A program made the translations under genes and the position numbers. A model generated the notes under the pieces. It worked only from the letters and a program-made list of their open reading frames with translations. It was not told the DNA's origin and made no database searches. Shown one piece after another: positions 36,201 through 49,700 of a DNA stretch of 64,000 nt. The number at the start of each line of letters is the position of its first letter. Position 1 is the first letter of the stretch. The DNA comes from Hormiphora californensis. Taxonomy: Eukaryota; Animalia; Ctenophora. The stretch lies in contig CM035361.1 of assembly GCA_020137815.1 (NCBI GenBank), forward strand, positions 434,001-498,000, read 5' to 3'.

Positions 36201-36434
36201 GGTGGTGCTATAACAGAGAGATGTGGTTTTACAATGTATGCCCTGCATTTCAAATAGTACTATCAGGCACTCAAGATTCAAGTTGAAATATGTAATGAGT
36301 AGTCTTACAAAGTATTAAATTATGTACATTAAATTCTTCATGATACCGATGTACTATTTCGCTACAATAGTTTCCATTTCTAATTCTCACTCCTTCAATT
36401 CCGAATGAAATGGAGGGTTGATAGATTATATGTG

Positions 36435-38869
36435 TTAGTTGCCATCACCACTGAGATTCTTGATAATCCACTGGTAGTTTTCCAGGTTATCCTTTAGCGA
36501 GGTATACTCATCAACCAACTCTGCACGGGGGGTGAATTAAATAATTAGGCAAGGGTATAAACGTATAAACTGATCCGTCCTAAAGAGCTCGAAAAGGAAG
36601 GGTGCCATTGAGTGGGCAAGGAGAGTACGCAGTGTAACTTACGTATAAACTCGTCTCCCAGATTGAGATATGCATCAACACGGTGCTTGGTGTTCACTGC
36701 CTCTTTCTCTAGTGATATCCTGGCTTGTTCCAGGTCACTGTGAATCACCTTCAGAGCATCAACTGTAGGAAGAGGGATTACAAAGGATTAAATTGTTTTT
36801 TAGTACCCAATGGCTACCTATACCCTACCGCCCGGCGCCCATCAGTCCGCTCATCGTGATATCAAATGAGGGTTCAGTACCACACAACAACTGAGTTGAA
36901 AGAAACACACTACGCGTTCAGATCTAAAGACCAACCTGTTTCCTTGGTGTACGTTTCAGCTACAATATTGGCCTCTAGGTTCCCTATAACTGCATGGAGA
37001 CGTGTTGCTGAGGCACCCAGATAACTCAGCTCCTCTGTTCGCCGCTCTTTTTCCACCTCTGATGTCCTCCTCTCGCAGACCTACACAAACAAGGGATGGA
37101 AGAAGAGGGTTGGTCAACACACAAGACAGTTTTGGTAGCACAAATTGAGCTCCTCCTTCACTCAGACTCTAGGACTGGTAGGACATGAGGGGGCCCCCGA
37201 CATGAGAAGTAGTCATCACGCGGGAGAATCAGACCTTCTCATTGGCTACCAATAGCTCCCCACTTTCACACTATTTCACAAAGGTTTTCAGATAATCACA
37301 CTGACTAAATAAAATCTCCAGTTTCCAGCAAAGATAATGATATCGATGAAAGATACTGTAGAATTGGAGAGATATCTTTGCTGTAGATCAGATCAATCTG
37401 GAGCTAGCAGTTGTCACCCAATTAATCCCAATTGGAGAGTTCTCTTCTCCGGTGTCAGTTTTTAGTGTGAGCGGGAAATAGGATAATTTCCCGCCAGAAA
37501 GGAAGCCTTGTATGAGAATATGAAGAAGCGAAAGATGAATTTGAAATTCCCCTAATCATGATCGTAGTCTGTCAGGCCAATGCTCTGACCACAGTTCTCG
37601 CGCGCTCCGCGAGAATGGGCCAGGCCTAAGCTCTGACAGATCGTAGTAGAGTTTGTGAATAGTATCAAGCAGGGGGAATGACGTCACAAACCGTGTTGAA
37701 CATGTGTAATGTATCACGAGCTGAGGATATGTACTTCAACTGTACTTTCTCTATCTCCTCTTCTAGCGACCTTATCTGGGAGAGATAGACTTGAAATATT
37801 ATTGTGGGAGTTTTAGAATGGTTCGATATTCTCGGTAGATAAGAGCATATATGCTCTTATCTGTCAGGCCAATGCTCTGACAGGCTCTTATCTACCGAGA
37901 ATATCGAACCCTTCTACTCTTGCATGTGTTTTTGTTAAACCGGTAATTCTGGTTTGCGCCTTTGTCGAAGTTGAAGTACCACGGTAGAAATTTGTGGAAG
38001 TTGGGAATCTCTTTGTCTGGTTTGTACCCGACCATTCTTCCATTCTCACAGAGTGAAAGAAGGGCGAGTACAAACAACCCTACCTTTCCCTCCATGTATC
38101 GTATTTTCTCGGTTAGTGGAGAAATGGCACTAAACTCCTTCAACTTGCCACAGTAATCTATCACTCTTTTATCAACCTCAGGCAGCACCAGTCTCTGGAA
38201 GTTGAAGATATTGTCATTGTACCGTTATATTCTCAACTAAACAATGGCGAGCCATGAGATTGGACAGTGTGGCCCTCTGTACCTTGATAACATCTCTGTC
38301 ACAGTTCCCCCTGTATTGTTCCCTCTCTATCCCACCCAAATCATCCTGCTGCATGTGGTACAGTTTACTGGCTGCAATAGCGTCCCTTACACACCGGTCA
38401 CCCAGTGCAACCTCCTCTACAGTATTCTACGGACAAGAAGGAAGTGAGAGATAGCACAATTAATGCTGTTGTGTCAGCTGGGAGGTGTGAGGGAGAGAGA
38501 TGAAACCTCGATTTACTCCTCGTGGGAAGGTGTATGGTATGGGATATCATAATGAAAGAGGGGGGAGTTCATCATAATACCAGTGGATACCGAATTGAGA
38601 CTTGTTTTGATCAAGGAGAGAGGTCGACCAAGACCAATCAAGACGGGATGCATGGATCATGAAACAGTAGTATGCGAATAGCAAGGAGGCCTTACCTCAA
38701 TGAATTTAGCCCTCAGAAATGCCTCCCTTTCCCTTGCCAGCACAGCCGCAGAACCCTCTAACTCCCTCTCTAGACTCAAAGAGGTCCCGTCCTCTCCTAT
38801 CACATTGGACAACTTCTCCAGGAGCCTGGAGAACAGAGGTAGGTCCTCGGAGGAGCGACATGATAGCAT
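36435..38869 (-). CDS. HAUS4: HAUS augmin-like complex subunit 4, multi-exon
   Basis: N-terminus PLFSRLLEKLSNVIGEDGTSLSL..AFLRAKFI and C-terminus IVAETYTKETVDALKVI..YLNLGDEFIELVDEYTSLKDNLENYQWII resemble HAUS4 as I recall it (..DTYTVEKV..YEVLGEEFDRLVKEY..ENKRWAL). Confidence 0.75.
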
Positions 38870-39251
38870 GATTGGAGGCTACATTGGTGAGATTGGAGAG
38901 TTTTGGGATATTGTACACACTGACTATACATTGGGTGTATTTTGTGTACATTGTACACACACATCTCTCTGCGCAATTCGTGCGCGCAGCGCGCCTTTGA
39001 AATGGTCAGAAGAGTGCACGGTATATGGGCCTTACAACACATCTGTGTCGTTCGGGCCCGCGCGTTCCGTCAAGTTGCCCCTGATCGGCCGATACTTGCA
39101 GCAAATCTAAACCGGGCAGAGAGAGATGTGTGTAATACTGAGCCCGCCGCTTGTAAACACAACATACACTCAGTAGATAAACAGTCAATAAAGTAAAACA
39201 CGGTGTATTTTTTCAGATAGGTAAAAACGGTAAACCAAAATAAGTTGAAAT

Positions 39252-40239
39252 TTACTGCATCGTGCTTGGCCTGTCCGCTACAAAGATTGATTTCTTGTTG
39301 AACTTCAGGATCCTGTGAGGCAGAGGGAATTTGATCTTGCTGTCGTGCATCTGCTTGATAACGGGTCGCTTCGTGTCAGCTGCTTTTACCTGGAGACAGG
39401 GAGGGGGTTAGAAATGGGATTAGGGTTGGAAAACTAGACAAAAATCCTAAATCAAACCAAAATCCCTAAATTGGAAACCAGGCCCAAAAAAGGGGACCAA
39501 ATACCAAGCACTTACAGTCTCGATCTTCATGATCTGGATAGAGTGGGGCCTGGCTCGATGTCGGGCAGCCATATCCCTGTAGCACTGGGTAATGGCACCA
39601 GTTCGGCTCACATCTCGGTACTCCCTGAAGAGAGGGGGGTGTTAGAAGGTCAGGGCATATGGTGAGATAAATTTAGTTGATGTCACCACAAAAGTGCTCT
39701 CTAAAATTGCCACATAATTGTACTGAAGTCTGCCCTGAGCAGGGCGGAGGAGAGAAAGAGAGAGAGGATCGGAGTGGCGATGTTGTGTACGTACCTGTAC
39801 ATGTTGTGAGATCCGGATCGAGAGTCGTATCGCACCCAGATACCGAAGTTCTTGATCTTTGTGGGGGAAGAGTTGCTCATCTGAGGGGAGAAGGGTGTTA
39901 GTTTGAGGGAGAGAGGGGAGAGGAAGAGAGGGATAGGAAGAGAGGGATAGGAAAATATAGAGATGGAGAGAAACAGAGAGGGAAAGAGAGAAGGATAGAT
40001 GTAGAGAGAGATAAATAAAAAAGATAGCTCTAAATCCTCACCTCAGTCATCCTAAGGATCTCTCCGTTGACCTTCCTGACTTTCTTGAGCTGCCTGAGGA
40101 AGTACCAGAACCGAGACTTGGCGACGATCTCATCAGGGGCAAAGATGGTCATCTTGTAGACGGGCATCTTCTCATCTCCCTTGGGTAGTGGCCGTCCCAC
40201 TATCTCAAATTCCTTTAGTTCGGCACACTTGAACTTCAT
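39252..40239 (-). CDS. RPL18A: 60S ribosomal protein L18a (eL20), 4 coding exons
   Basis: [24 protein letters not shown]; [24 protein letters not shown]; [11 protein letters not shown]; IKFPLPHR. Confidence 0.97.
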
Positions 40240-40640
40240 GGCTAATTAGAGAAAGAGGGAGGGATATTTGTTAGTTGGGAGTTGAGGAAGGGATGTTGAA
40301 AAGTTGGGGTAACTTTAACCAAACCTAAGAAAAACAAGGATATTTTTTTTGAAATGAATACATAATATAATAGGGGTATCAATTTTATATTTACAGAACA
40401 AGTGCCACACAAAATTTACACAAAACCGGCCAGAAACTCTGTATTTGACTTTAGACCGGGAGAAACACATTCCCGAAACTTCTCTTCTTTTTCAGCCCAC
40501 CCAGTGTAACTCAAATTGCAACAACAACAAACAGTCTCTTGAAACACGCTGAAAACATGTTAACACCATGTTAACATCCATGTTAACACCCATGTTAACA
40601 CCCATGTTAGAACATGTTAGAACATGTTAACATGTTATCT

Positions 40641-41134
<494 letters not shown>

Positions 41135-41461
41135 CTATCATATTTTGGTGGTTTGGAGGATTCGTCATTCTGGGGATAAATACAAGGAAAACATCTTGGA
41201 TTTGTCAATCAAAATTCATTCACTTATACACACTAAAACAGGGTAATACAAATACAGACACACTCACAAAAAGTCCCATTAATACATTCTTTACTTTGAA
41301 ACGTCTATACTAAAAACACGTCCAATGTTCGTGTTTAATAGTGTTCATTATGTACAAGAATTGCAACAAAAATATCATGAAAAGTATGGGGGGAAGCTAT
41401 TTACAAACTGGAACCGTCTAACTGAAATGAACCACTTCACACAGTGGCACTTCTGACTCCT

Positions 41462-44400
41462 CTATTTCTCACACCTCCTGTCGAGGTCCTCTAGTAGACC
41501 AGTTGAAGAGAGGAGGAAGAGGGTCACATTGGCAAACAGGAAATACCTGGAAATGGTAGGTTATTAAACGGTGTATCAGAGAATATAGTGTGGTGAAACA
41601 AACAGAAAAAAGAGGAAGTGTTTTCAAATGAACTATGAAATTGGAGAAATGTTCTGATGAAATACAATTTGTATTGAAACATGTGTAAACTGTTGAACTA
41701 AAACTTCCTTGTTTTACTTGGAAATTGGAGAAATATTAATATTTTTTATTACTTCAATGGATCTTCAAATCTTCACTTACGATCTGGTGGCAGGTGAAAT
41801 TATAAGAAGGTAAAGAATAAGGAATAGAGCAGCATTCCAAATTAGGAATATAGGCCATCTAAAGGAGTTAGCACTGTCACTAAAGTAGGGCCTCTTCTGG
41901 GTATCTGATACTGGGAATTCACCGTTCTCGTAGCTGCAGGGGAGAGAGGTGAGTTAGTAATTTGGGGGGGGGGGATTGGGAGACACTACGAGACACTATT
42001 ACTGTTAAATAACTTGATATGAATACCGAGCTATGATTGGTCATAGCACTGGCAAGTGCCCCGGGCCCAAAAGGGGGGTGTGGGGGCGCAGCCCCCACCT
42101 TAAACGGGGGTGTGGGGGCAGAGCCCCCACCTTAGAAATACCCTCTAACTCAAAAAATAAAAGAGAGAGCACACGCAACACTTCTACACACAAGCGCGTG
42201 CCAGTGCTGTCAGATGGGTCGCGGCGCCAGACAGTGCCAGTGCTACTATATACCAGTGCCAGTGCTACTATATACCATTGCAAATTTCGGGGTTTTTGAT
42301 GCTTTAAAAATGCATGTTCCAGATGAAGTAGAGGGATGAAATTTTGTACTCTGAGGGCCCTCATATAGGAGAAGAGGCATACAAAATTTCAGAACGATCG
42401 GATGGAAGGTAAAAATTTGCCAGAGGGGTCCCAAAATGCAAAAATGTAAGGGAGGGGAGGGGGAGGGGGAGGGGGAGGACTTTGAGTGTTCTCCTAAACC
42501 ACAAATAGTAGAGACTTGCCGTTTGGAACATTGGTTCCTTGCATTATTTGGCGTGGTATAGGCTATGTGAAAACTTCGAAATCGCCATAGTTCATTAATT
42601 ATTCATTAATTATTCATTAATTATTCATTTTAATAACTTAATTGTATTATATCTCCATTTCGGCTCGTCCTAAAACGTTTTCGTGGGTATATTCCGACTC
42701 AAAATAGTCGATTTATGGGGGGTCGTCCCCCAGACAAAATTTCGTATCTCGCACCGTTTAGCCGTTATTTGCATATTTATGCTCAAATTCATGATTTTAT
42801 GCATACCCTTTAAAATGTCCACTTCGGCTGACCCTAGAACGTTGTCTTGGGTATATTCCGACTCAAAATAGTCGATTTATGGGGGGTCGTCCCCTTGACA
42901 AAAATTCGTATCTCGCACCGTTTAGCCGTTATTTGCATATTTATGCTCAAATTTATGCATAATCTTTAAAATTTCCACTTCGGCTGACCCTAGAACGTTG
43001 TCTTGGGTATATTCCGACTCAAAATAGTCGATTTATGGGGGTCTTCCCCCAGACAAAAGTTCGTAACTCCCACCATTTAGCCGTTATATGCATATTTATG
43101 TAGCATTCAGATCCCAAAATAAAATCAGGAAAAAAGCTGTCTCTTTTTACACCAAAAAGAACAGAAATTTAGTCCAAAAACCAATTAAATAAATTAGTTT
43201 GGATGCCCGGGCCCATTTGGTGTCACGGGGGTAAAACCTTTAGGCTACTGTCAAATGATGGATATCGAGAGAGATAAAGGAAAACAAGTTGTGATATAAA
43301 GAGTGAGATATATCGAGAAAGACGGAGAGATAGTAAGAGAAATATAAATAAAAAAGAGAAAAAAAGAGAAAGAGGGAGATATGGAGGTAGAGAGTGGGAG
43401 AAAGAGGAAAAGAGGGAGAAAGAGATAGAGGGAGGGAGAGAAAGAGAAAAGAAAAACGAGAGATGTGTATTGCAAAATAAACGAGATATGCCATTATTTA
43501 TGACAGTAGCCTAAAGGTTTTACCCCCGTGACACCAAATGGGCCCGGGCATCCAAACTAATTTATTTAATTGGTTTTTGGACTAAATCAGTAACTTACAA
43601 GGTTTTAAGTAGTTTCTCCTTTTCGTACCACCTCTCCCTCAGCCATGCCTCAAGAGCTATATCATTGTCCCTGGGCACATCAGATGCATCGTACCTCTTT
43701 ATATTTGTGTGGATCTTAGGGAGGGAAAGGGAGGGTCAGATATGAAGGCTTGAACAGGGAATGCTTGCAGCTTGCTCGACACAGAACAAGGAAATGGGTG
43801 AGAGGAATGTAAATCCAACTTTTATCTCTGGATGTTTGAATGAATTAAACTCTCAGTACCAAAGACTAGTGACAGGAGTGTTAAATGATATTTACCTCCT
43901 CTGGGAACCGTCCTGATAACAGATCCATTTCACCCCTATGTGGTAGAGTTTTAGGGTATGCCATTGTAATATCATATATTGCATCTAACTTTCCCTTTCT
44001 GTACTCCTTTACACAATGCATAAAACCTGGGAGAGGTTGATGGTTAATATCCTCTGATTGTTTGGCTATTTGCCAGGATGTCACGTGATATGTGTGTGAC
44101 GTCACACAATGTTTATCTAGTATCACAACTAACTTGGCTGTGTAACTGTTTACAGTCCCAGCAACTAACTGATGTTACTCACCAGGAACCGACCGAATTA
44201 AGTAAACAGCCAATCAGAACTCGTTATTTAGGTCACGTGACTGCTTATCAGCCAATCAGGGACCAGTATTTCCTGATTCGGTTGGTTCCTGTTACTCACC
44301 AGTAGATCGAGGGTGTAAGAGATACTCAAGATAAGGCCATCCTTCTTTCTCCCCGTATTTATCAGATTTGGCTTTGGTTTTAGGTTCAAAATCAGTGCCC

Positions 44401-45090
44401 TCAGGGAAGACTAATAGTTTGTAGTTATCATCCGAGTTAGCCAGGAAACTAAGGAGAGTTAGAATTAGGAAATCTTTTACATGCTGAAGTAGTTAAACAA
44501 GAGAAAATATTTCCATTTTCTACAACCACTCACTTTATCTTTTCAGTCATATATTTCTCATCGTTGGCCCATTTCCTTGACAGAAAGAAGAAGCTTCCGA
44601 ACTGCATTGACCACCCAAAACCAGGGATGTGTTTTAAATCCCCTCTCAATATTATCTTTAACATAGCTGACACTCGAGCTCTACCAGTAACGGACCATAA
44701 AAACATCCAATCGAGTCGTGTCCGGTGGTTGGCTATGATAAGAGAGCTCTCTTTTCTCTCTAGCTGGTCTCCTGTCACGACGATCTTTGTTCCAAATATT
44801 AACTGAAAAAAAAAACAAGATCAATTAAATTAAATTTGTCTTTTTTTTCGGACAACACCCGCCCATCGAATATGGAGAATATTTCTCTCTGCAGCTAGAC
44901 TCACCTCATATAAAGAAGGTGGGAGGAGCATCCATGTTCCGATCATGAACTGAACATATGACCGATACAGGGACGGCAGACAGATAGCGAGGGGTAGAGA
45001 TGGTAACATGATAAATGTTGAACCAAAGTAGGAGCTGATGAAACATGTGAAGACGAAGTATACCCCTTTTAACGTGTCTGTAGCCGACAT
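41462..45090 (-). CDS. LCLAT1: Lysocardiolipin acyltransferase 1-like, multi-exon
   Basis: NHRTRLDWMFLW, LKHIPGFGWSMQ, FLSRKW, FPEGTD, LLHPRSTGF, LDAIYDITMAYP; C-terminal transmembrane segments. Confidence 0.9.
42044..43240. mobile_element. Probable non-autonomous element in an LCLAT1 intron, with three ~125-bp subrepeats
   Basis: Subrepeats at about 42655, 42819 and 42975; CCCGGGCCC near both ends; GGGGGCGCAGCCCCC hairpins. Confidence 0.5.
44183..44291. mobile_element. 109-bp hAT-type MITE, TSD TTACTCAC
   Basis: CAGGAACCGACCGAA TIRs; 8-bp direct repeat at 44175-44182 and 44292-44299. Confidence 0.9.
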
Positions 45091-45293
45091 GTTTACCTAA
45101 TTAGGATCATATCGTTAGTCGTTTGGAATCATGGTGAAATGTTTCTTCACTGCGATACCGACGTATCACGTATGTTAAGAATATAAGATATCAGTTATGT
45201 CATAATTATGAACAAAAACTCGGTTAATCATTTAAAGAACATCAATCGACGTTTCGACGTACAACGAATGTGACAGACGATGTTCAACTAGTA

Positions 45294-45730
45294 CAAGGTG
45301 TTCATTTTGGATCGTTACAAGCTTTGGGGTTCACCGTTTTAGTGCCTTTCCAGCAACTTTTTTATAAATTTTGAGTCCGAAAAAACACATCCAATCTCCA
45401 CAGAAAATAACCAAATAACAGTTTAGCAAAGTCTCAGCACCAGCAAAAATTTCCTTCTGGTAGTTTCAATGCCAAAACACACTTCCCGGGGTGCTAGAGC
45501 TCGGAAAACACCGAGAATCTTGAATGAGGGTATATGAATGGTCCAAGTATGAAGTTTCATGATCTAATCTTGTCAACTTTTTTCTAAAAGGGGGTTAAAA
45601 TGGGATTAGATAACAATATCAATATAAAAACACCGGTCTCCCATGGGGGAGAAGATTAATAAATTACTGCATTGTCAACTTTTTTCTGGGTGAAGCCCAA
45701 CGCTTGTAAAGATCCAAAATGAACACCGTG
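45294..45730. mobile_element. TA-flanked MITE
   Basis: CAAGGTGTTCATTTTGGATCGTTACAAGC / GCTTGTAAAGATCCAAAATGAACACCGTG. Confidence 0.75.
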
Positions 45731-45908
45731 TATAACTGGGAGGGCCTGACATGGGATGGGGGCAGGGGTGCAGATTACTGAGTCTGAATAGTACACTAAA
45801 GATGCATTTTTCCTTCAAACTGACGAATAGGGCTTGATCATTCAAGTGAGCGACACGTCCATGACAGGGGGCAGCCGACTCGGAAAGTCCTCGAAAACCG
45901 AAAAGTGA

Positions 45909-46426
45909 ACTTCAAACAGCAATCCGACAATACCGGGTTCCATGATGGATACGAGGGTACTCTCGACACTTCGGTGTTGTACCACTTTGCAGGTTCACTC
46001 TGTGACCGATCGTGGTGTACGTTTATTATCTGAGACCCCGGTGTCGGATTGCTGTTTCTGTTAAATTTTTCAGGGGGGTAAAAGTTAAAAATTATACATA
46101 AAAATGAGTTTACATGTTCTGTAGTAATAAATAAGTTAAAAATTATCGGTGTTAAACCTCGTCATGTATAATAAATTATAATCAGTTTCTTCCGCTAAAA
46201 GTGAACTGGGGGTAAAAGTTAAAAATTATACATAAAAATGAGTTTACATGTTCTGTAGTAATAAATAAGAAGAGAAGAAACAGCAATCCGACACCGGGGT
46301 CTCAGATAATAAACGCACACCACGATCGGTCACAGAGTGAACCTGCAAAGTGGTACAACACCGAAGTGTCGAGAGTACCCTCGTATCCATCATGGAACCC
46401 GGTATTGTCGGATTGCTGTTTGAAGT
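45909..46426. repeat. Two inverted copies of a ~150-bp element
   Basis: 45909-46058 is the reverse complement of 46276-46426; each copy has its own AAACAGCAATCCGACA TIRs. Confidence 0.85.
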
Positions 46427-46776
46427 AAAGTAAATATAGTAATAAGTAAGTAATAAATAAGTGAACTGCAAATATCAAAAATTTTGATCAAAAATTTTAT
46501 TTATTTGTTCGCGTTGCGGGACGCGCGCGCATTTCGAATAAAATGCAGCGGCATAACCAATATCTTCGCGCTTTACAACAAAATGCCGCGGAGTCCTTCG
46601 CTGAAATATCATATCTTCCAAAAAATCCGTCAATTTAAAAAAATCGCGATTTTTCCTTTTTTTTGTAACTTTTTTTCGCAATTTTTTTAGTTTTTTTTTC
46701 AAGCTGAGTGTAAACATCATTTAAATTTTTAAAATGTCATTATATTGTACTTTTATAATTCCTTAAACAGCATGTT

Positions 46777-49700
46777 ATGAGCTGGCTTAAAGGCTCGATA
46801 GCAGACTACGCCAAAGATGCATTAACTCAAGCACAGCGCTCCATCGATAGGGCGCTAGAAATCGAACCAGGACAAGATCCCATTCTTGCAGGTTGCTTTA
46901 TTATCTTCAGTGTGTTTTCGTAATCTTGAAAAGTATAATCCTACTTTAAACTACTTCAGAGACCTCACGATTGACGTCCAAGCCTCGAACACCACCAACT
47001 CGACGGAAGGAACGTTCCTCGGGCAATGCGGCATCAGCAGCGACTCCTGGTACGATTGGAGGGGAGGCTGACAGTTCATGGTCCTCATGGGGAGCTTCTA
47101 CTATGAATACCTTTTGGGAGAGTAAGTGATATGATCGTTAATGAGCTCAGATCTATAGCCAGGGTTTCTCCTTTTAAATTACTCTCTTGAAATCCTGCTC
47201 TAATGAACTTTTTTACCTTTCAGGTTCATTCTCTGCAGAACAAACATCAACCCCAACAACCACAACCGAAGGAAAGAGGCCAAAATCAAATGCCATGAAA
47301 TTAGGCGGTGCTGGAGGCCGAAAGATATCTCCAACGAAACTGCGACCTACGAAAGCACCTGTCTCATTGCCCGTACCATCGGAACCCGAACCTCTTCCTT
47401 CTGAGCATGTAATCAAGGAAGATGTATCGATATCGACCCCCACTATTGAAGCTACTGCAGAGATACAAGAGGAGAGAAATATAGTTAACATTGGAAACGC
47501 TGAAGAAAAGGTTGAGGAAGAGTTTTATGAAGTACATAAAGTAACTGATGAAACAGAAAAGCCCACCATTTCATCTCCTGATGATCTCACGAGCGACAAT
47601 CCTGCTATTGAGGAATTGAGATGCGATTCAGCAGTTTCGGATCTACCTCTAACCTTGACAAACCTTATCACGCCTGACGAATGTAACTTGTCCGACCCGC
47701 TCACCACTGCACCTTCATCAACTCAGATAGAGTCAGCCCAACTAATGGCGAGAAGCAGTTCTTCCAATGCTTCCTCTGGGGCCCTGTCTACAATGACATT
47801 GTGTGCAGAGGGAGAGACACGCGATCTACCGGATCACATATCAGAGGAAACGGGGTGAGTACCACCTTCATTGAGGGTGATAAAACACGGCAATTTTTTT
47901 TACTGAATCTTAATGCAAGCTCTGTTATAATTTGTTTATTTTTAGGTCCCCTGATAAAGATGGTTGGTCAGATTTGGAGTGTGCGGGTAGCGAGGAAGAT
48001 GAGGGGGATAACAGATGTCAAAGTATCGGTTAGTTATGATTACTACTGTGTTTTATGATCACTTCCCCATACTTTAGAAGAAGTATTCCCTTTTGAAGTA
48101 TTCGTGATACTTGAACTGAATCCCCCGGACATCTCAGTCTCCATATAACCACCTCCTCTTCCTACCTCGTTCACCTAGATGCCATTTCAAACGACTTCAC
48201 CCACCGCTCGCCGCACCTTCCTTGACATTACCACTCTTCACACTAATTGTCACACAAATTGTCACACAAATTGTCACACTAATTGTTACACTAATTGTCA
48301 CTACTCTTCAGGAAGTGGTCCTGGTAGCACGGCCAGCTCCTCAGTCCTCATGCTCCACTCCCCCTACGATACAACGACAGAAAGCAGTAAGAGTGAACAT
48401 AGTGGGCCTGTTAGAACTCCAACCAATAGTGGTGATTCAACTGGTGGAACACAGCCTCCACATTCACTGATTACACACCAGGTTAGTCATTTCCCGGTCA
48501 GAATGCAGTGTTTCTGCAGACTTATGAAATATGATGTATGTATCACCCTCACACAAGACACACAACATTTGTTTCTGCAGGCATTGCGAGAGGTGAGGGG
48601 TATCACATCACCAGTTAACAGTGAGAAAAGTGATCTGATTATCTTGGAAGGATCTGAGAATGGGACATCTCCTGCATCTGGTAACTACCCCTTTAGATTC
48701 AGGACAACCACCCTTTCATCTACTATATTACCTATTCAGTGACACCTAGTGACCCCTCTACTATTCAGTACCACCTAGTCACCCCTCTACCATTCAGTGA
48801 CACCCAACGAATTGACCCGAGTGAAGGAGATCCTGCATGCTAGAGAACAAAGGCTTTTCAAGATGAGTCAGGAGTTCGTTCAGGTATATATTCGATATTT
48901 TAGTAGTATATCTCTCTACACCCTCGTATTAGATCGATATCTTAGTATTAGATCGATATCTTAGTATATCTTATATCTTAGTATAGATATATATGAGGCA
49001 TAAACTCTTGCCAGTGGCGCGTTATTTCAGATACCTTTCTCCCAGCGCGCCGCTGGGAGAAGGTAGCTGTAGTTTATCCGCCACTGGCGGATAAACTGGT
49101 TTAAATCACGACGACGATCCCGAGGCGTAGCCGAGGGAGAGGCGGAGGGGTTTAAATCTATAACGCGTCTGTGGCAAGAGTTTATGGGTTATATACCCTG
49201 CTTTAGTTGTTTGTTACAAGTATTACACACTAACAAGAGAGAGAACACTAATCAAAACACACAAAGAGAACTGAGAAACAGTCAAAAACATCTCTCAATT
49301 GAGTGTACACTGTTTGGTAACAGTTACTAAGGAGAGAGAGAAAGAAATAACAAGATATGGGGCATGCCAGACATAACACAGAGGAATTGAGATAGTGAAA
49401 CAAAAGGGAAGATAAAGAGGGAGTAATTGACGGAATGTGTTGTTTCTTTCTCTTCAATTTAGTGTGTAACTCTTCCAAACAGTGTTCCCTCTGTATTTCA
49501 GTAAGAACTGATCATTTACACACACTTTGAATGTAACATAGGAGTTAAAAATAAATAACCTGCCAGTGGGAAATAATCTGCCGCTGGACTGGCTGTTTAC
49601 TGAGAGCGCGCTAGTGGGACTTCTCGCCACTGGCGCATTATTGAAGTTAGCAGGGTATATATATAGATATCTCGTATTAGATCGATATCTTAGTAGTATC

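Noticed and set aside
39626-39794. Possible intronic snoRNA in RPL18A
   Set aside because: No convincing C/D or H/ACA boxes could be identified by eye.
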